From: an uncultured Chloroflexia bacterium
GTDB lineage: Bacteria > Chloroflexota > Limnocylindria > Limnocylindrales > CSP1-4
Reading direction: 5' to 3'
DNA: 64,000 bases
NCBI GenBank assembly: GCA_963718085.1
Contig: CAVQYA010000002.1
Location: forward strand, 736,127-800,126
This document shows positions 31,372 to 40,547 of this stretch, one piece after another (within the stretch, counting starts at the first letter, position 1; each line of letters begins with the position of its first letter). Below the pieces are notes generated by a model that was not told the origin of the DNA, ran no database searches, and was given only the letters and a program-made list of their open reading frames with translations. The position numbers and the translations under genes were made by a program.

Positions 31372-32805
31372 TCAGGTCCTCCCGGATGGCGTGGCGGCCT
31401 CGTAGTCCAGGCTGGCGCGATAGAGGTCTGCGGGCCCGACCAGGCGCAGGCCGGGAACGGACCGCAGGGCCGGGTCGAAGCCCGACCGCGAGAAGAGCAG
31501 CAGGGCGGGGTCCGCGCCCGGGGCAATCACGGCGACGTCACGCTTCAGGTCGGCAAGATGCGCCGGCTTCACGAACCCGCGTGTCCACTTGGCCGACCCG
31601 GCGACGCGCACCCGGCCCCCGGCCACCCCGACGACGTCGACATCGCCGGCGTCGATCCAGTGCTGCCCCACCGCCTCCATGACGGGCAGCTCTCCGGCGC
31701 CCGACAGCCGGCGCAGGTACTGAGCGGCGACGTCCTCGAAGACCCGGCTCACGTGCGCGTCCAGGGCGACGGGCCACAGGTCGTCGAGCACCTTCGCGCC
31801 CTGGCCAAGCAGGATCGCGCTGCGCCACGGGTCCACCAGCGCGAAGTAGAAGCGAAGGTACGGATCGGTCAGGACGTAACGGCTGATGCGCGGCCGCGGG
31901 TCGGAGGCCTCCGTGGGCAGGGTTCGCCGCTCCACGAGCTCCAGGCGGATCAGGCGCTCCAGGTACGGAGCCGCAGTGGCTGCGCTCTTCATGCCGGCCA
32001 GCGTCGCGATCCGCGACGGCTGGTGCTCGCCGCCCGCCATCGCCCGAAGGATCGATTCGTAGGTCCGCGGCTCGTTGAACTCGGCGCGGAGGAGGTCGGG
32101 CGCCTCCCGGAACAGGCGTCCGTCCGGCGTGTACGCGAGCCGAAGCAGCTCGTCGCGGAGCGGCCGGTCGGTCGACAGCTCTTCGAGATGGTCCGGGATG
32201 CCGCCGGCGACCGCGTACGCCCGAACTCGGTCCTCCGGACCCCAGCCGGCCACGAAGCGGCCCGCCTGGAAGTAGTCGAACGGACGGAGCCAGATCGATC
32301 GTGTCGGCCGTCCGTAGAGGGCGCCGTCGTGGGAGGTCAGCCGCTGCATCATCGCCTGCTCCGAGCCGGAGAGGACGATGACCACGTCGGCCCGCGATCC
32401 TGTCCTGTCCCACCATCGCTGGAGCAGAGATGGGAGCGCCGGCTCCGCGTCGCAGAGGTACGGGAACTCGTCGAGCACCAGGCCAACGCGCCCACGGACG
32501 GAGGCCGCCGCCACGACGTCGAGCGCCTCCTCCCAGTCGCGCAGCGCGAGGCGCGGCGGTCGACCGCGCCGGAAATCCACGGACAGCGGACCGAGCGCCC
32601 GGCCCAGGTCGGCCAGCTGGTCAGTGGCAAGCTGCTGGGCCGCGACGAAGAAGGCCACGGGACGGCGCGCGGCGAATCGGGCCAGGAGCTCGGTCTTGCC
32701 GACCCGGCGGCGCCCGTGGAGGACCACGAGCTCCGGCACCCCGGAAGCCCACGCCTCCGCCAGCGTTCGCTGCTCGATCACCCGGTCCACGAAGCGTCGT
32801 GCCAT
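31372..32805 (-). CDS. AAA-type ATPase with a DUF234 C-terminal domain (Arch_ATPase-like ATP-binding protein).
   Basis: Walker A GRRRVGKTELL, Walker B LVLDEFPYL, and a DUF234-like C-terminus. Confidence 0.75.
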   Translation of the reverse strand: MARRFVDRVIEQRTLAEAWASGVPELVVLHGRRRVGKTELLARFAARRPVAFFVAAQQLATDQLADLGRALGPLSVDFRRGRPPRLALRDWEEALDVVAAASVRGRVGLVLDEFPYLCDAEPALPSLLQRWWDRTGSRADVVIVLSGSEQAMMQRLTSHDGALYGRPTRSIWLRPFDYFQAGRFVAGWGPEDRVRAYAVAGGIPDHLEELSTDRPLRDELLRLAYTPDGRLFREAPDLLRAEFNEPRTYESILRAMAGGEHQPSRIATLAGMKSAATAAPYLERLIRLELVERRTLPTEASDPRPRISRYVLTDPYLRFYFALVDPWRSAILLGQGAKVLDDLWPVALDAHVSRVFEDVAAQYLRRLSGAGELPVMEAVGQHWIDAGDVDVVGVAGGRVRVAGSAKWTRGFVKPAHLADLKRDVAVIAPGADPALLLFSRSGFDPALRSVPGLRLVGPADLYRASLDYEAATPSGRT

Positions 32806-32850
32806 GGCGCTAGTTTAACTCAACTTAAACTAATCATGTTTCAACTAAGC
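32806..32850. promoter_or_regulatory. AT-rich palindromic element, about 25% GC, immediately upstream of the DUF234 ATPase gene.
   Basis: tagtttaa-ctcaac-ttaaacta is a perfect 8-bp inverted repeat, followed by atcatgtttcaactaa. It stands out in a 72% GC context. Confidence 0.4.
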
Positions 32851-32971
32851 CAGCTCCAGGCTGGTCTGCGCGGAGCCAGCCGCACGGGCCGACTTGGCGC
32901 CGCGGGAGACTTGAACCCGCGACGGGCGCGCCCCGGCGCGAGACTCGCCTGGTGGTGCGTGGGGCGCCTTG

Positions 32972-34270
32972 TCAGGCCGTGAGGGTGCCGACCGGGACGA
33001 CGAAGACGCCGTCGGACCGCCGGTAGGCGTAGCCCCAGCCGGTGATGATGGCCAGGAACGCAGGCCTGCCGTGACGCTCAGGGTCGACGTTCGCGGCGAC
33101 CCTGAGCAGGCTGTTGGCGCCCTTGTCGATGTCGCCCTGGCCGAGCTTGACTTCGACCGCTGCCCATTGGCCGGACCGCATCTGGAGGATCGCGTCAGCC
33201 TCCGCGCCCGTGTTCTCCCGGTAGTGGGACACGGAGGCTCCGATCGCCTGACCGTAGACGCGCAGATCCCGGACGACGAGCGACTCGAAGAGGAACCCGA
33301 GGGTCTCGGGGTCGCGGAGAAGCCGGTCGGGGCCGGCTCCCAGGGCGGCAGCCGCAAGCGAGGGATCGACGAAATGGCGCGTCACCGACGAGCGAAGCAC
33401 GCCCCGTGAGCGCAGCGACGGAGACCACGCAGGCAGGTCCTCGACGATGAACAGGCGCGTGAGCGCCTTGATGTAGTCGATGACCGTGTGGTAGTTGATC
33501 GCGCGCGGCCCGTCGGCTCCGGCGACGTCGGCACCGATGATCGAGGCCGAGGCTTCCGTGGCCACGCACCGTGCGAGCGAACGGAGGAGGCGAGCGACGT
33601 TCTCCGGGTCGTGGCGCGGACCATCGAGCCGGCCGAGGTCGACGCGGCACGTCTCGTCGAGGTAGCCCTGCGTGGCGACCATGGCATCCGCCGGGTCCCG
33701 ACGCAGCAGCGCCGGCCAGCCGCCGACGACGATCCGCTCGACGATGTCGCGAATGTCGAGGCCGGGGTCCGCCGCCACGGCTGTGTCGCCCGCGAACAGG
33801 CCCGCCAGTGACACGGCCCTGCTGGAGTGCCCGCTCTCGGCGAGCGACATGGGGCGCATCCGCAGGCGCGTGATCCGCAGAGCCCCCGTGTGCCGGGTCT
33901 CGTCGTCGGATGGGACCGCAGAGCCGGCGAGGATGTAGCGGCCGGTCTCCTCGGGGTGGTCGTCGACGTCGCCGCGGACCTCGTTCCAGACGTCCTTCAC
34001 AAGCTGCCACTCGTCGATGAGTCGAGGCCGCTCACCGTCGAGCAGGAGCGCCGGGTTCAGCTCACCGACCCTGCGTGCCGCCGGATCCCGGTCAAGACGC
34101 ACCGCGCTCTTCGCGGCCTGGAGAGCGGTCTGGGTCTTGCCACAGCCTCGAGGCCCCTCGACGAGGACGGCTCCGGTCGCTCGGAGCCGACTCGCCAGCT
34201 CCGCGTCGGCGAACCTGGGGATGTAGTCGCGGATTCGCCCAAGGGACTTGTCGGGGTTGGAGGCGCTCAT
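32972..34270 (-). CDS. AAA_14 ATPase with a DUF4143 (PD-(D/E)xK-like) C-terminal domain.
   Basis: YIPRF..., Walker A GPRGCGKTQ, and C-terminal EADAIL...AVEVK resembling a D-ExK nuclease motif. Confidence 0.75.
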   Translation of the reverse strand: MSASNPDKSLGRIRDYIPRFADAELASRLRATGAVLVEGPRGCGKTQTALQAAKSAVRLDRDPAARRVGELNPALLLDGERPRLIDEWQLVKDVWNEVRGDVDDHPEETGRYILAGSAVPSDDETRHTGALRITRLRMRPMSLAESGHSSRAVSLAGLFAGDTAVAADPGLDIRDIVERIVVGGWPALLRRDPADAMVATQGYLDETCRVDLGRLDGPRHDPENVARLLRSLARCVATEASASIIGADVAGADGPRAINYHTVIDYIKALTRLFIVEDLPAWSPSLRSRGVLRSSVTRHFVDPSLAAAALGAGPDRLLRDPETLGFLFESLVVRDLRVYGQAIGASVSHYRENTGAEADAILQMRSGQWAAVEVKLGQGDIDKGANSLLRVAANVDPERHGRPAFLAIITGWGYAYRRSDGVFVVPVGTLTA

Positions 34271-34401
34271 TTGGAACTCTGTGGCGTGCTATGTTGTAAC
34301 GACTGTAGACGCTAACTTGGCGTTCGTCAAGGCGTCACACCTCGCCCCGCATCGACCCCCGACGTACCACTCCCTCGCGCGGGCTGTTACGTTGGCACCG
34401 A

Positions 34402-37131
34402 ATGGCAAGCCCGCTGCTGGACACCAAGCTCTTCGTCCCCAGGCCGCGGCGCGGGATCGTTGCGCGCGGGAGGCTGCGCGAGCGGCTGGACCGGGGCGCC
34501 GAGTCCAGGCTGACGCTCATCTCTGCGCCGGCAGGCTTCGGCAAGACGACGCTGCTGGCCGAGTGGCTGGCGTCGCGCGCCGCCCCCGAGACCGCGGCGG
34601 CCTGGCTCTCGCTCGACCCGGCGGACAGCCAGTCTTCCTCGTTCTGGTCCTACGTCATCAGCGCGCTGCAGAAGGTGTCACCGGGCGTTGGCGCCACTGC
34701 GCTGGCGCTGCTCCAGGGGCCCCAGCCGCCGCCGATCGAAACGGTCCTCGCCCAGTTGCTCAACGCGCTCGGCACCGCTCCACGCGAGACCATCCTCGCA
34801 CTCGACGACTACCACGTGATCGATGCGCCAGATGTCCACGAGGCGATGGCGTTCCTGTTGGACCACCTGCCCCCGCAGCTGCACATCGTGATCATCACCC
34901 GCGCCGATCCCCCACTGCCCCTGGCCCGGCTGCGTGCGCGCGGCGAGCTGACCGAGATTCGCGCGGCCGACCTGCGCTTCACGGCCGACGAAACGGCCGC
35001 CTACCTCAACGGGATGATGAACCTGGGCCTCGCCGAGGGCGACGTCTCGGCGCTCGAGGGCCGCACCGAGGGCTGGATCGCCGCCCTGCAGCTGGCGGCG
35101 CTCTCGATCCAGGGGCGCGAGGACGTGACCGGCTTCATAGAGGGCTTCTCAGGGGACGACCGCTACATCGTCGACTACCTGGCCGAGGAGGTCCTGCGCC
35201 GCCAGCCCGACGACGTCCGAACGTTCCTCCTCCGGACCTCGATCCTGCGCCTCTTGAGCGGGCCGCTGTGCGACGCCGTCACCGGCCACGGCGGCGGCAG
35301 GGGGATGCTCGAGGCGCTGGACCGCAGGAACCTGTTCCTCGTGCGACTCGACGACCGTCGCCAGTGGTACCGCTATCACCACCTCTTCGCCGACGTGCTG
35401 CGGGCCCGCCTGCTCGACGAGCAGCCCGGCGAGGTGCCCGAGCTGCACCGCCGGGCGAGCATCTGGTACGAAGGGGCGGGGGACACCGCCGAGGCGATCC
35501 GCCACGCGATGGCCGGCGGGGACCTCGGGCGGGGTGCCGACCTGGTGGAGCTCGCGATCCCGGCGATGGTCAGGCAGCGGCAGGAGGCCACGCTGCGCGG
35601 TTGGCTCGAGGCGCTCCCCGACGAGGTGCTGCGGGTCCGACCCGTGCTGAGCAACGCATCCGCCGGGTCGCACCTGGTCAGGGGCGAGGTCGAGGGCGTC
35701 GAGGCGCGGCTGAGCGACGCCGAGCAGTGGCTGAACGCCACCGGCGGGGCCGCGGACCCGGCGGCCGGACGTGCAGCGGGGATGATCGTCGTGGACGAGG
35801 TGGCGTTCCGCCACCTGCCGGGTTCGGTCGCGGTGCACCGCGCCGGCCAGGCACGGATCCTCGGGGATGTCCCGGGGACCGTCACCCACGCTCGACGGGC
35901 GCTCGACCTCGTGGCCGAGGACGACCACCGCTCCCGGGGCGGCGCGGCCGGACTCCTGGCGCTCGCCGCGTGGACCGCCGGGGACCTCGATGGCGCGGCC
36001 CGGTGGTACGCCGCCGCCATGGCGGACCTGGAGAAGGCCGGGCACCTCTCGGACGTGATCGGCTGTGGGCTTGCGCTGGCCGACATCCGTCTCGCGCAGG
36101 GCCGTCTGGGCGAGGCGCTGCGCGTCCTCGAGCGCGGGCTGGCGCTTGCGACCGGGGGCGGCTATGCGCTGCGGGGCGCGGCGGACATGCACGTCGGCAT
36201 CAGCACCGTCCGCCTCGAGCGGGGCGACATCGAGGGCGCCCGGAAGGAGCTCGCGTCCGGCCACGATCTGGGCGAGGACAACGGCCTCCCGCAGAACCCG
36301 TATCGGTCGCGTGTGGCGCTGGCCGCAATCCGACAGGCCGAGGGCGACCTCGCCGGAGCGCTCGAGCTGCTGACGGAGGCCGAGCGCCGCTACGTCGGCG
36401 ACTTCTCGCCGGACGTGCGTCCGGTCGCGGCCGCGAAGGCGCGCATCTGGGTTGCGCAGGGGCAGGTCGGCGAGGCGCTGGCCTGGGCGCGCGAGCGGGG
36501 CCTATCCGCCGACGATGACCCCGACCATCTGCGGGAGTTCGAGCACATCACGCTCGCGCGTGCTCTCCTGGCGCCGGGCGGGACGCGGGACCGCTCGATG
36601 CCGGCGGCGCTGGACTTCCTCGAGCGCCTCCTGCGGTCCGCGGAGCACGGCGGCAGAACGGCCAGCGTAATCGAGATCCTCGTGCTCCAGGCGCTGGCCG
36701 TTCGCGCAACTGGCGACATCCGCGCCGCACTGGTCCCGCTCGAGCGCGCGCTCGCGCTGGCCGAGCCGGAGGGCTATCTGCGCGTCTTCGCAGATCAGGG
36801 ACCCGAGATGGCGGCGCTCCTCGAGGCAGCCGGCAAGCGCGACATCGCCCCGGCGCACGTCCGCCGCCTGCTGACGGCGTTCGGGCGATCTGAGCCGAGC
36901 AGGGCGTCGAAGCAGCCGCTGGCCGAGCCCCTGAGCGAGCGCGAGCTGGAGATCCTCCGCCTCCTGGGGTCCGACCTCAACGGCCCGGGCATCGCGCGGG
37001 AGCTCGTGGTGTCGCTCAACACCGTCCGTACGCACACCAGGAACATCTACGCCAAGCTCGGCGTGAACAGCCGTCGCGAAGCCGTCCGCCGCGCCGCCGA
37101 GCTTGACCTGCATTCGGGAAGCCGCCGCTGA
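34402..37131 (+). CDS. MalT-like LuxR-family regulator (STAND NTPase, TPR-like repeats, LuxR HTH).
   Basis: Walker A SAPAGFGKTTLL, a long helical repeat region, and a C-terminal LuxR HTH (LSERELEILRLL...NTVRTHTRNIYAKLGV). Confidence 0.85.
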   Translation: MASPLLDTKLFVPRPRRGIVARGRLRERLDRGAESRLTLISAPAGFGKTTLLAEWLASRAAPETAAAWLSLDPADSQSSSFWSYVISALQKVSPGVGATALALLQGPQPPPIETVLAQLLNALGTAPRETILALDDYHVIDAPDVHEAMAFLLDHLPPQLHIVIITRADPPLPLARLRARGELTEIRAADLRFTADETAAYLNGMMNLGLAEGDVSALEGRTEGWIAALQLAALSIQGREDVTGFIEGFSGDDRYIVDYLAEEVLRRQPDDVRTFLLRTSILRLLSGPLCDAVTGHGGGRGMLEALDRRNLFLVRLDDRRQWYRYHHLFADVLRARLLDEQPGEVPELHRRASIWYEGAGDTAEAIRHAMAGGDLGRGADLVELAIPAMVRQRQEATLRGWLEALPDEVLRVRPVLSNASAGSHLVRGEVEGVEARLSDAEQWLNATGGAADPAAGRAAGMIVVDEVAFRHLPGSVAVHRAGQARILGDVPGTVTHARRALDLVAEDDHRSRGGAAGLLALAAWTAGDLDGAARWYAAAMADLEKAGHLSDVIGCGLALADIRLAQGRLGEALRVLERGLALATGGGYALRGAADMHVGISTVRLERGDIEGARKELASGHDLGEDNGLPQNPYRSRVALAAIRQAEGDLAGALELLTEAERRYVGDFSPDVRPVAAAKARIWVAQGQVGEALAWARERGLSADDDPDHLREFEHITLARALLAPGGTRDRSMPAALDFLERLLRSAEHGGRTASVIEILVLQALAVRATGDIRAALVPLERALALAEPEGYLRVFADQGPEMAALLEAAGKRDIAPAHVRRLLTAFGRSEPSRASKQPLAEPLSERELEILRLLGSDLNGPGIARELVVSLNTVRTHTRNIYAKLGVNSRREAVRRAAELDLHSGSRR

Positions 37132-37394
37132 CGTCCGCCTGCGCAACGTCGCCGCGCGCCTGCGCAACCTCGCCACGCACGCCGTCTGCGGCGTCGGGCT
37201 GAACGCGGCGGCGCTCGTGCTCTCGGGCGTCCGGGCCTGAGCCTTCGCCGGCGACTCACCGGCCGCGGAATCACCACTCGAATCACCAGATGTGGTGATG
37301 CGCGCTCACCACGTGCGCGCCCACATTGCGATGGACCAAGGCCCGACGGCCCGGCCGGCGAGCCACCCCACTCGGACCCAGCACAAGGAGCGCA

Positions 37395-37640
37395 ATGAGC
37401 AACCTTCGCGACCGCCACGAGCCCGGGCGGTACGAGATCCGCCTCCAGGGCCACCTCGACGCCCGGTGGGTGGCCTGGTTCGACGGGCTGGGCCTCCGCC
37501 GCGACAGCGACGGCACCACCGTCATCCACGGACCCATCGCCGACCAGGCCGCCCTCCACGGGGTGCTCTGCAAGGTCCGGGACACAGGCCTGCCCCTGGT
37601 CTCGGTGATCTGCGTCGAGCCTGACCCGTCCGCCACCTGA
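37395..37640 (+). CDS. Hypothetical 81-aa protein.
   Basis: Strong SD aaggag 5 nt before the ATG. No family recognised. Confidence 0.5.
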   Translation: MSNLRDRHEPGRYEIRLQGHLDARWVAWFDGLGLRRDSDGTTVIHGPIADQAALHGVLCKVRDTGLPLVSVICVEPDPSAT

Positions 37641-37705
37641 CGAGGCCCACCGACCCCCAACCCGCTGGGTTCCCAGCGTCCCTCAGCACCGGAAGGAAAC
37701 CCGCC

Positions 37706-38425
37706 ATGACCTTCGCTCGCAAGTCCGCGCTCGCCGTTGGCGTGCTGTTCATCCTCACCTTCATCACCTCGATCGGCGCCGTCTTCGCCTACGGGCCCGC
37801 CCTGAGCGATCCCGCCTACATAACCGGCGCCGGCTCCGACGGCCGCGTGGCCCTCGGAGCGTTCCTCGAGCTGATGCTCATCATCACCAACATCGGCTGC
37901 GCGGTTGTCCTGTTCCCGTTCCTCAAGCGGCAGAACGAGGCCCTCTCGCTCGGCTACGTCGCCGCCCGAATCGTCGAGTGCACGTTCATCCTGGTCGGCC
38001 TCCTAAGCGTGCTGACGATCGAGAGCATGCGCGGCGTGGCGGCGGGCGCCGATGCGGGCTCGCTCACCGTGATCGGGCGGTCGCTCCTCGCCATCCATGA
38101 CTGGACGTTCCTGCTCGGCCCCGGCTTCGCCGACGGCGTCGGGACCGGGATGATCCTGGGCTACCTGATGTACCGCTCGGGCCTTGTGGGTCGGCGCATG
38201 GCACTGGTCGGCCTCGTCGGCGGCACGATGCTCGCCGCCTCCGGAGTCGCCGTGCTGCTGGGCTTCATCCCGCAGGGCGGAGTGGTGCAGGGCATCGCGA
38301 CCATCCCCGAGGTCATCTGGGAGGCGTTCCTCGGCCTCTACCTGGTCTTCAAGGGCTTCAAGTCGGCCCCGGTCCAGGCGCTCGAAAGCCGGACCGTCGG
38401 GATCGCGCGGGCGCTCGCCGCCTGA
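37706..38425 (+). CDS. DUF4386-like integral membrane protein.
   Basis: About 6 TM helices with a DUF4386-like pattern. SD ggaagga upstream. Confidence 0.6.
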   Translation: MTFARKSALAVGVLFILTFITSIGAVFAYGPALSDPAYITGAGSDGRVALGAFLELMLIITNIGCAVVLFPFLKRQNEALSLGYVAARIVECTFILVGLLSVLTIESMRGVAAGADAGSLTVIGRSLLAIHDWTFLLGPGFADGVGTGMILGYLMYRSGLVGRRMALVGLVGGTMLAASGVAVLLGFIPQGGVVQGIATIPEVIWEAFLGLYLVFKGFKSAPVQALESRTVGIARALAA

Positions 38426-38520
38426 CGGGAGGGGCCCCGGAGCCGGTCTCCGGGGCCCTCTCCCTTCCGCTGTCGGCCCGGCGTCATCAGCCCCACGAGA
38501 CAGGTAGAGGAGACACCACG

Positions 38521-39543
38521 ATGTCCAACCAGACCATCGGCGATCTCGCCGACCACCGGCAGCCCATCCGGACCGTTCCCCGGTTCGCTCTCCGCATCTT
38601 CTGGCTGCTTCACCGTGCGATGGTCCGGCTCAGCGGCCGCCGGTTCGGCCTCAGCCGGCCCGAGGCCGGCGAGCGGTTCGGGATGATGCGCCTCACCACG
38701 CTCGGGCGTCGCTCCGGGGCAACCCGGGTGGCGATCGTCGGGTACTACGAGGACGGGGCCAACCTCGTCACCCTGGCGATGAACGGCTGGGGGCGCACGG
38801 AGCCGGCGTGGTGGCTGAACCTCCAGGCGAACCCCGACGCCACGGTTGAGCTGCCCGACGGTCCCCGCGCCGTGCGAGCCCGCGCCGCGTCGGGCGAGGA
38901 GCGCGACCGGCTCTGGGCCAGGTTCCGCGACTATCCCGGCTGGGCCCCCGACATCGACGCCTCCGCGGCCTTGCGGCCCACCCCCACGGCGGTGATCGTC
39001 CTCGAGCCGCGGCACGCCCGGTCCGAGGCCACCGTCCCGGCGGACGTCTCGGCCATGACCGTCGAGACCGTGCCCACCGCGGACGCTCACCCGCCTCGCC
39101 GGCTGGCGCTCCGCCACCTCTGGATCGTCACCGGGCTCGGCATCGCCCTCTTCGCCAACGCGCAGTCCACGACCTTTGGCGTCGGGCTGGTCCCGCTCCT
39201 GCTGTTCGGGATCGTGCCCCACCTCCCGGCTCTCGCCGGGATTGGTCAGTCGCTTGCTCGCGGTCAGCTGGCGCCGCGAGCCGTCCCGCTCTTCAACGCC
39301 ATGCACCAGCCGGTCCTGCCCCTGGCGGTGGCAGGTCTGGCCGCCACCGGCGTCCTGTCCCCGTTCTGGCTGGTGGGCGCCCTGGCGTGGCTCAGTCACA
39401 TCGTCGTGGACTGGGGCCTCGCCAAGGGACTCCGGACCCGCGACGGATACGTTCGGCGCTCCGCCGGCGCCGGACGACAAGCGCACCAGGACGAGGCGAG
39501 CAGCGGACCCTCAGCTCAGGTCAGCACGTCGGCTCCCGCATGA
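38521..39543 (+). CDS. Fusion of a deazaflavin-dependent nitroreductase-family domain (DUF385/Ddn-like) with a DUF4260-like membrane domain.
   Basis: N-terminus: MMRLTTLGRRSGATRVAIVGYY...NGWGRTEPAWWLNLQANP...ERDRLWARF. C-terminus: 4 TM helices, LWIVTGLGIALFANAQSTTFGVGLVPLLLFGIVPHLP...HIVVDWGLA. Confidence 0.65.
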   Translation: MSNQTIGDLADHRQPIRTVPRFALRIFWLLHRAMVRLSGRRFGLSRPEAGERFGMMRLTTLGRRSGATRVAIVGYYEDGANLVTLAMNGWGRTEPAWWLNLQANPDATVELPDGPRAVRARAASGEERDRLWARFRDYPGWAPDIDASAALRPTPTAVIVLEPRHARSEATVPADVSAMTVETVPTADAHPPRRLALRHLWIVTGLGIALFANAQSTTFGVGLVPLLLFGIVPHLPALAGIGQSLARGQLAPRAVPLFNAMHQPVLPLAVAGLAATGVLSPFWLVGALAWLSHIVVDWGLAKGLRTRDGYVRRSAGAGRQAHQDEASSGPSAQVSTSAPA

Positions 39544-39899
39544 CGGAATCCGGAGCCCGGCCCCCGGGGCCGGGCTCCGGGCGAACGCGCGGGAAGACCG
39601 ATGAGCTGCTGCTCCCGGACCTCATCCTCGCCGAGGTGGCCTGCGTCCTCGAATCGTTCTACGAGGTGCGCCGGGCGCAGGTGGCGACGACCCTGCGGGC
39701 CGTGCTGGCGTTCCCCGCGATCCGGGTGCTCGACGCCGATCTTCTCCAGCGGGCCGTCGAGGTCTACGAGGTCCACCGGCTTGACTTCGCCGACGCCTGC
39801 CTGGTCGCGAGCGCGGAGCGAACCGTGGTCGGCGTCATCGCGTCGTTTGATCGGAGCATCGATCGGGTCACGACCGTCCGCCGCGAGGAGCCGGGCTGA
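39540..39899 (+). CDS. PIN-domain-like protein, N-terminally degenerate.
   Basis: C-terminal PIN residues DFADACLVASAERTVVGVIASFDR are present. The N-terminal catalytic Asp region is missing. The ATGA overlaps the upstream gene. No antitoxin partner is present. Confidence 0.45.
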   Translation: MTESGARPPGPGSGRTRGKTDELLLPDLILAEVACVLESFYEVRRAQVATTLRAVLAFPAIRVLDADLLQRAVEVYEVHRLDFADACLVASAERTVVGVIASFDRSIDRVTTVRREEPG

Positions 39900-39932
39900 G
39901 AGACCGCGGTCCCATCGCTCGATCCTCATTTC

Positions 39933-39953
39933 CATGTTAGTCTGTGTGACATG
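39933..39953. promoter_or_regulatory. Inverted repeat (putative TetR operator) overlapping the TetR start codon.
   Basis: catgt-tagtctgtgtg-acatg within an AT-richer stretch (cctcatttccatgttagtctgtgtgacatgaaagaag). Confidence 0.45.
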
Positions 39954-40547
39954 AAAGAAGCCGGACGCCGAGCATATCGGATGGTCGCCCGCGCCGAGGG
40001 TGCGATCGCCACGGGCGAGCGGATCCTCGACGCCGCGGTCGCCGCGTTCTGGGAGCGGCCGACCGACCAGGTCTCCCTTGACGACGTCGCGCGCCGGGCC
40101 GGCGTCTCCGTCCAGACCGTGATCCGCCGCTTCGGCGGCAGGGACGGGCTCGTCGCGGCCGCGATCGAGCGGGAGTCGCGGCGGGTGCAGGCCGAGCGCG
40201 ATCCGGCCGCCGTGGCGGACGCCCGGGGGGCCGTCGCCCAGCTCGTCACCCACTACGAGGCGATGGGCGACCGCGTCCTGGCGATGCTCGCCGAGGAGGT
40301 GCGGAACCCGGCGCTGCGAGACGTCGCCGAGTCCGGGCGTCGCGTCCATCGGGCCTGGTGCGAGTCCGTCTTCGCGTCCACCCTCGCGGGCCTGTCCGGT
40401 TCGGTGCGCGAGCGGCGCCTCGCCCAGCTGGTCGCGGTCTGCGACGTCTACACCTGGAAGCTGCTCCGTCGGGATGCCGGCCTGGGCCGGCGGGAGACGG
40501 AGCTGGCACTGCAGGAACTGCTCGAACCGCTCCTGGAGGAATCCTGA
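39951..40547 (+). CDS. TetR-family transcriptional regulator.
   Basis: N-terminal HTH VSLDDVARRAGVSVQTVIRRFG. Confidence 0.8.
   Translation: MKEAGRRAYRMVARAEGAIATGERILDAAVAAFWERPTDQVSLDDVARRAGVSVQTVIRRFGGRDGLVAAAIERESRRVQAERDPAAVADARGAVAQLVTHYEAMGDRVLAMLAEEVRNPALRDVAESGRRVHRAWCESVFASTLAGLSGSVRERRLAQLVAVCDVYTWKLLRRDAGLGRRETELALQELLEPLLEES

Noticed and set aside
32898-32930. tRNA 3-prime-end-like fragment on the minus strand (gggttcaagtctccc...gcgcca), a possible attR of an island anchored at tRNA-Thr.
   Set aside because: It does not match the 3-prime end of the adjacent tRNA-Thr, the acceptor and T-stem pairing is imperfect, and no integrase is present.
31176-39900. Classical integrated prophage or ICE at the tRNA.
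   Set aside because: No integrase, recombinase, capsid, terminase or conjugation genes, and no direct repeat of the tRNA end. Only a loose accessory or defence-island interpretation is retained.
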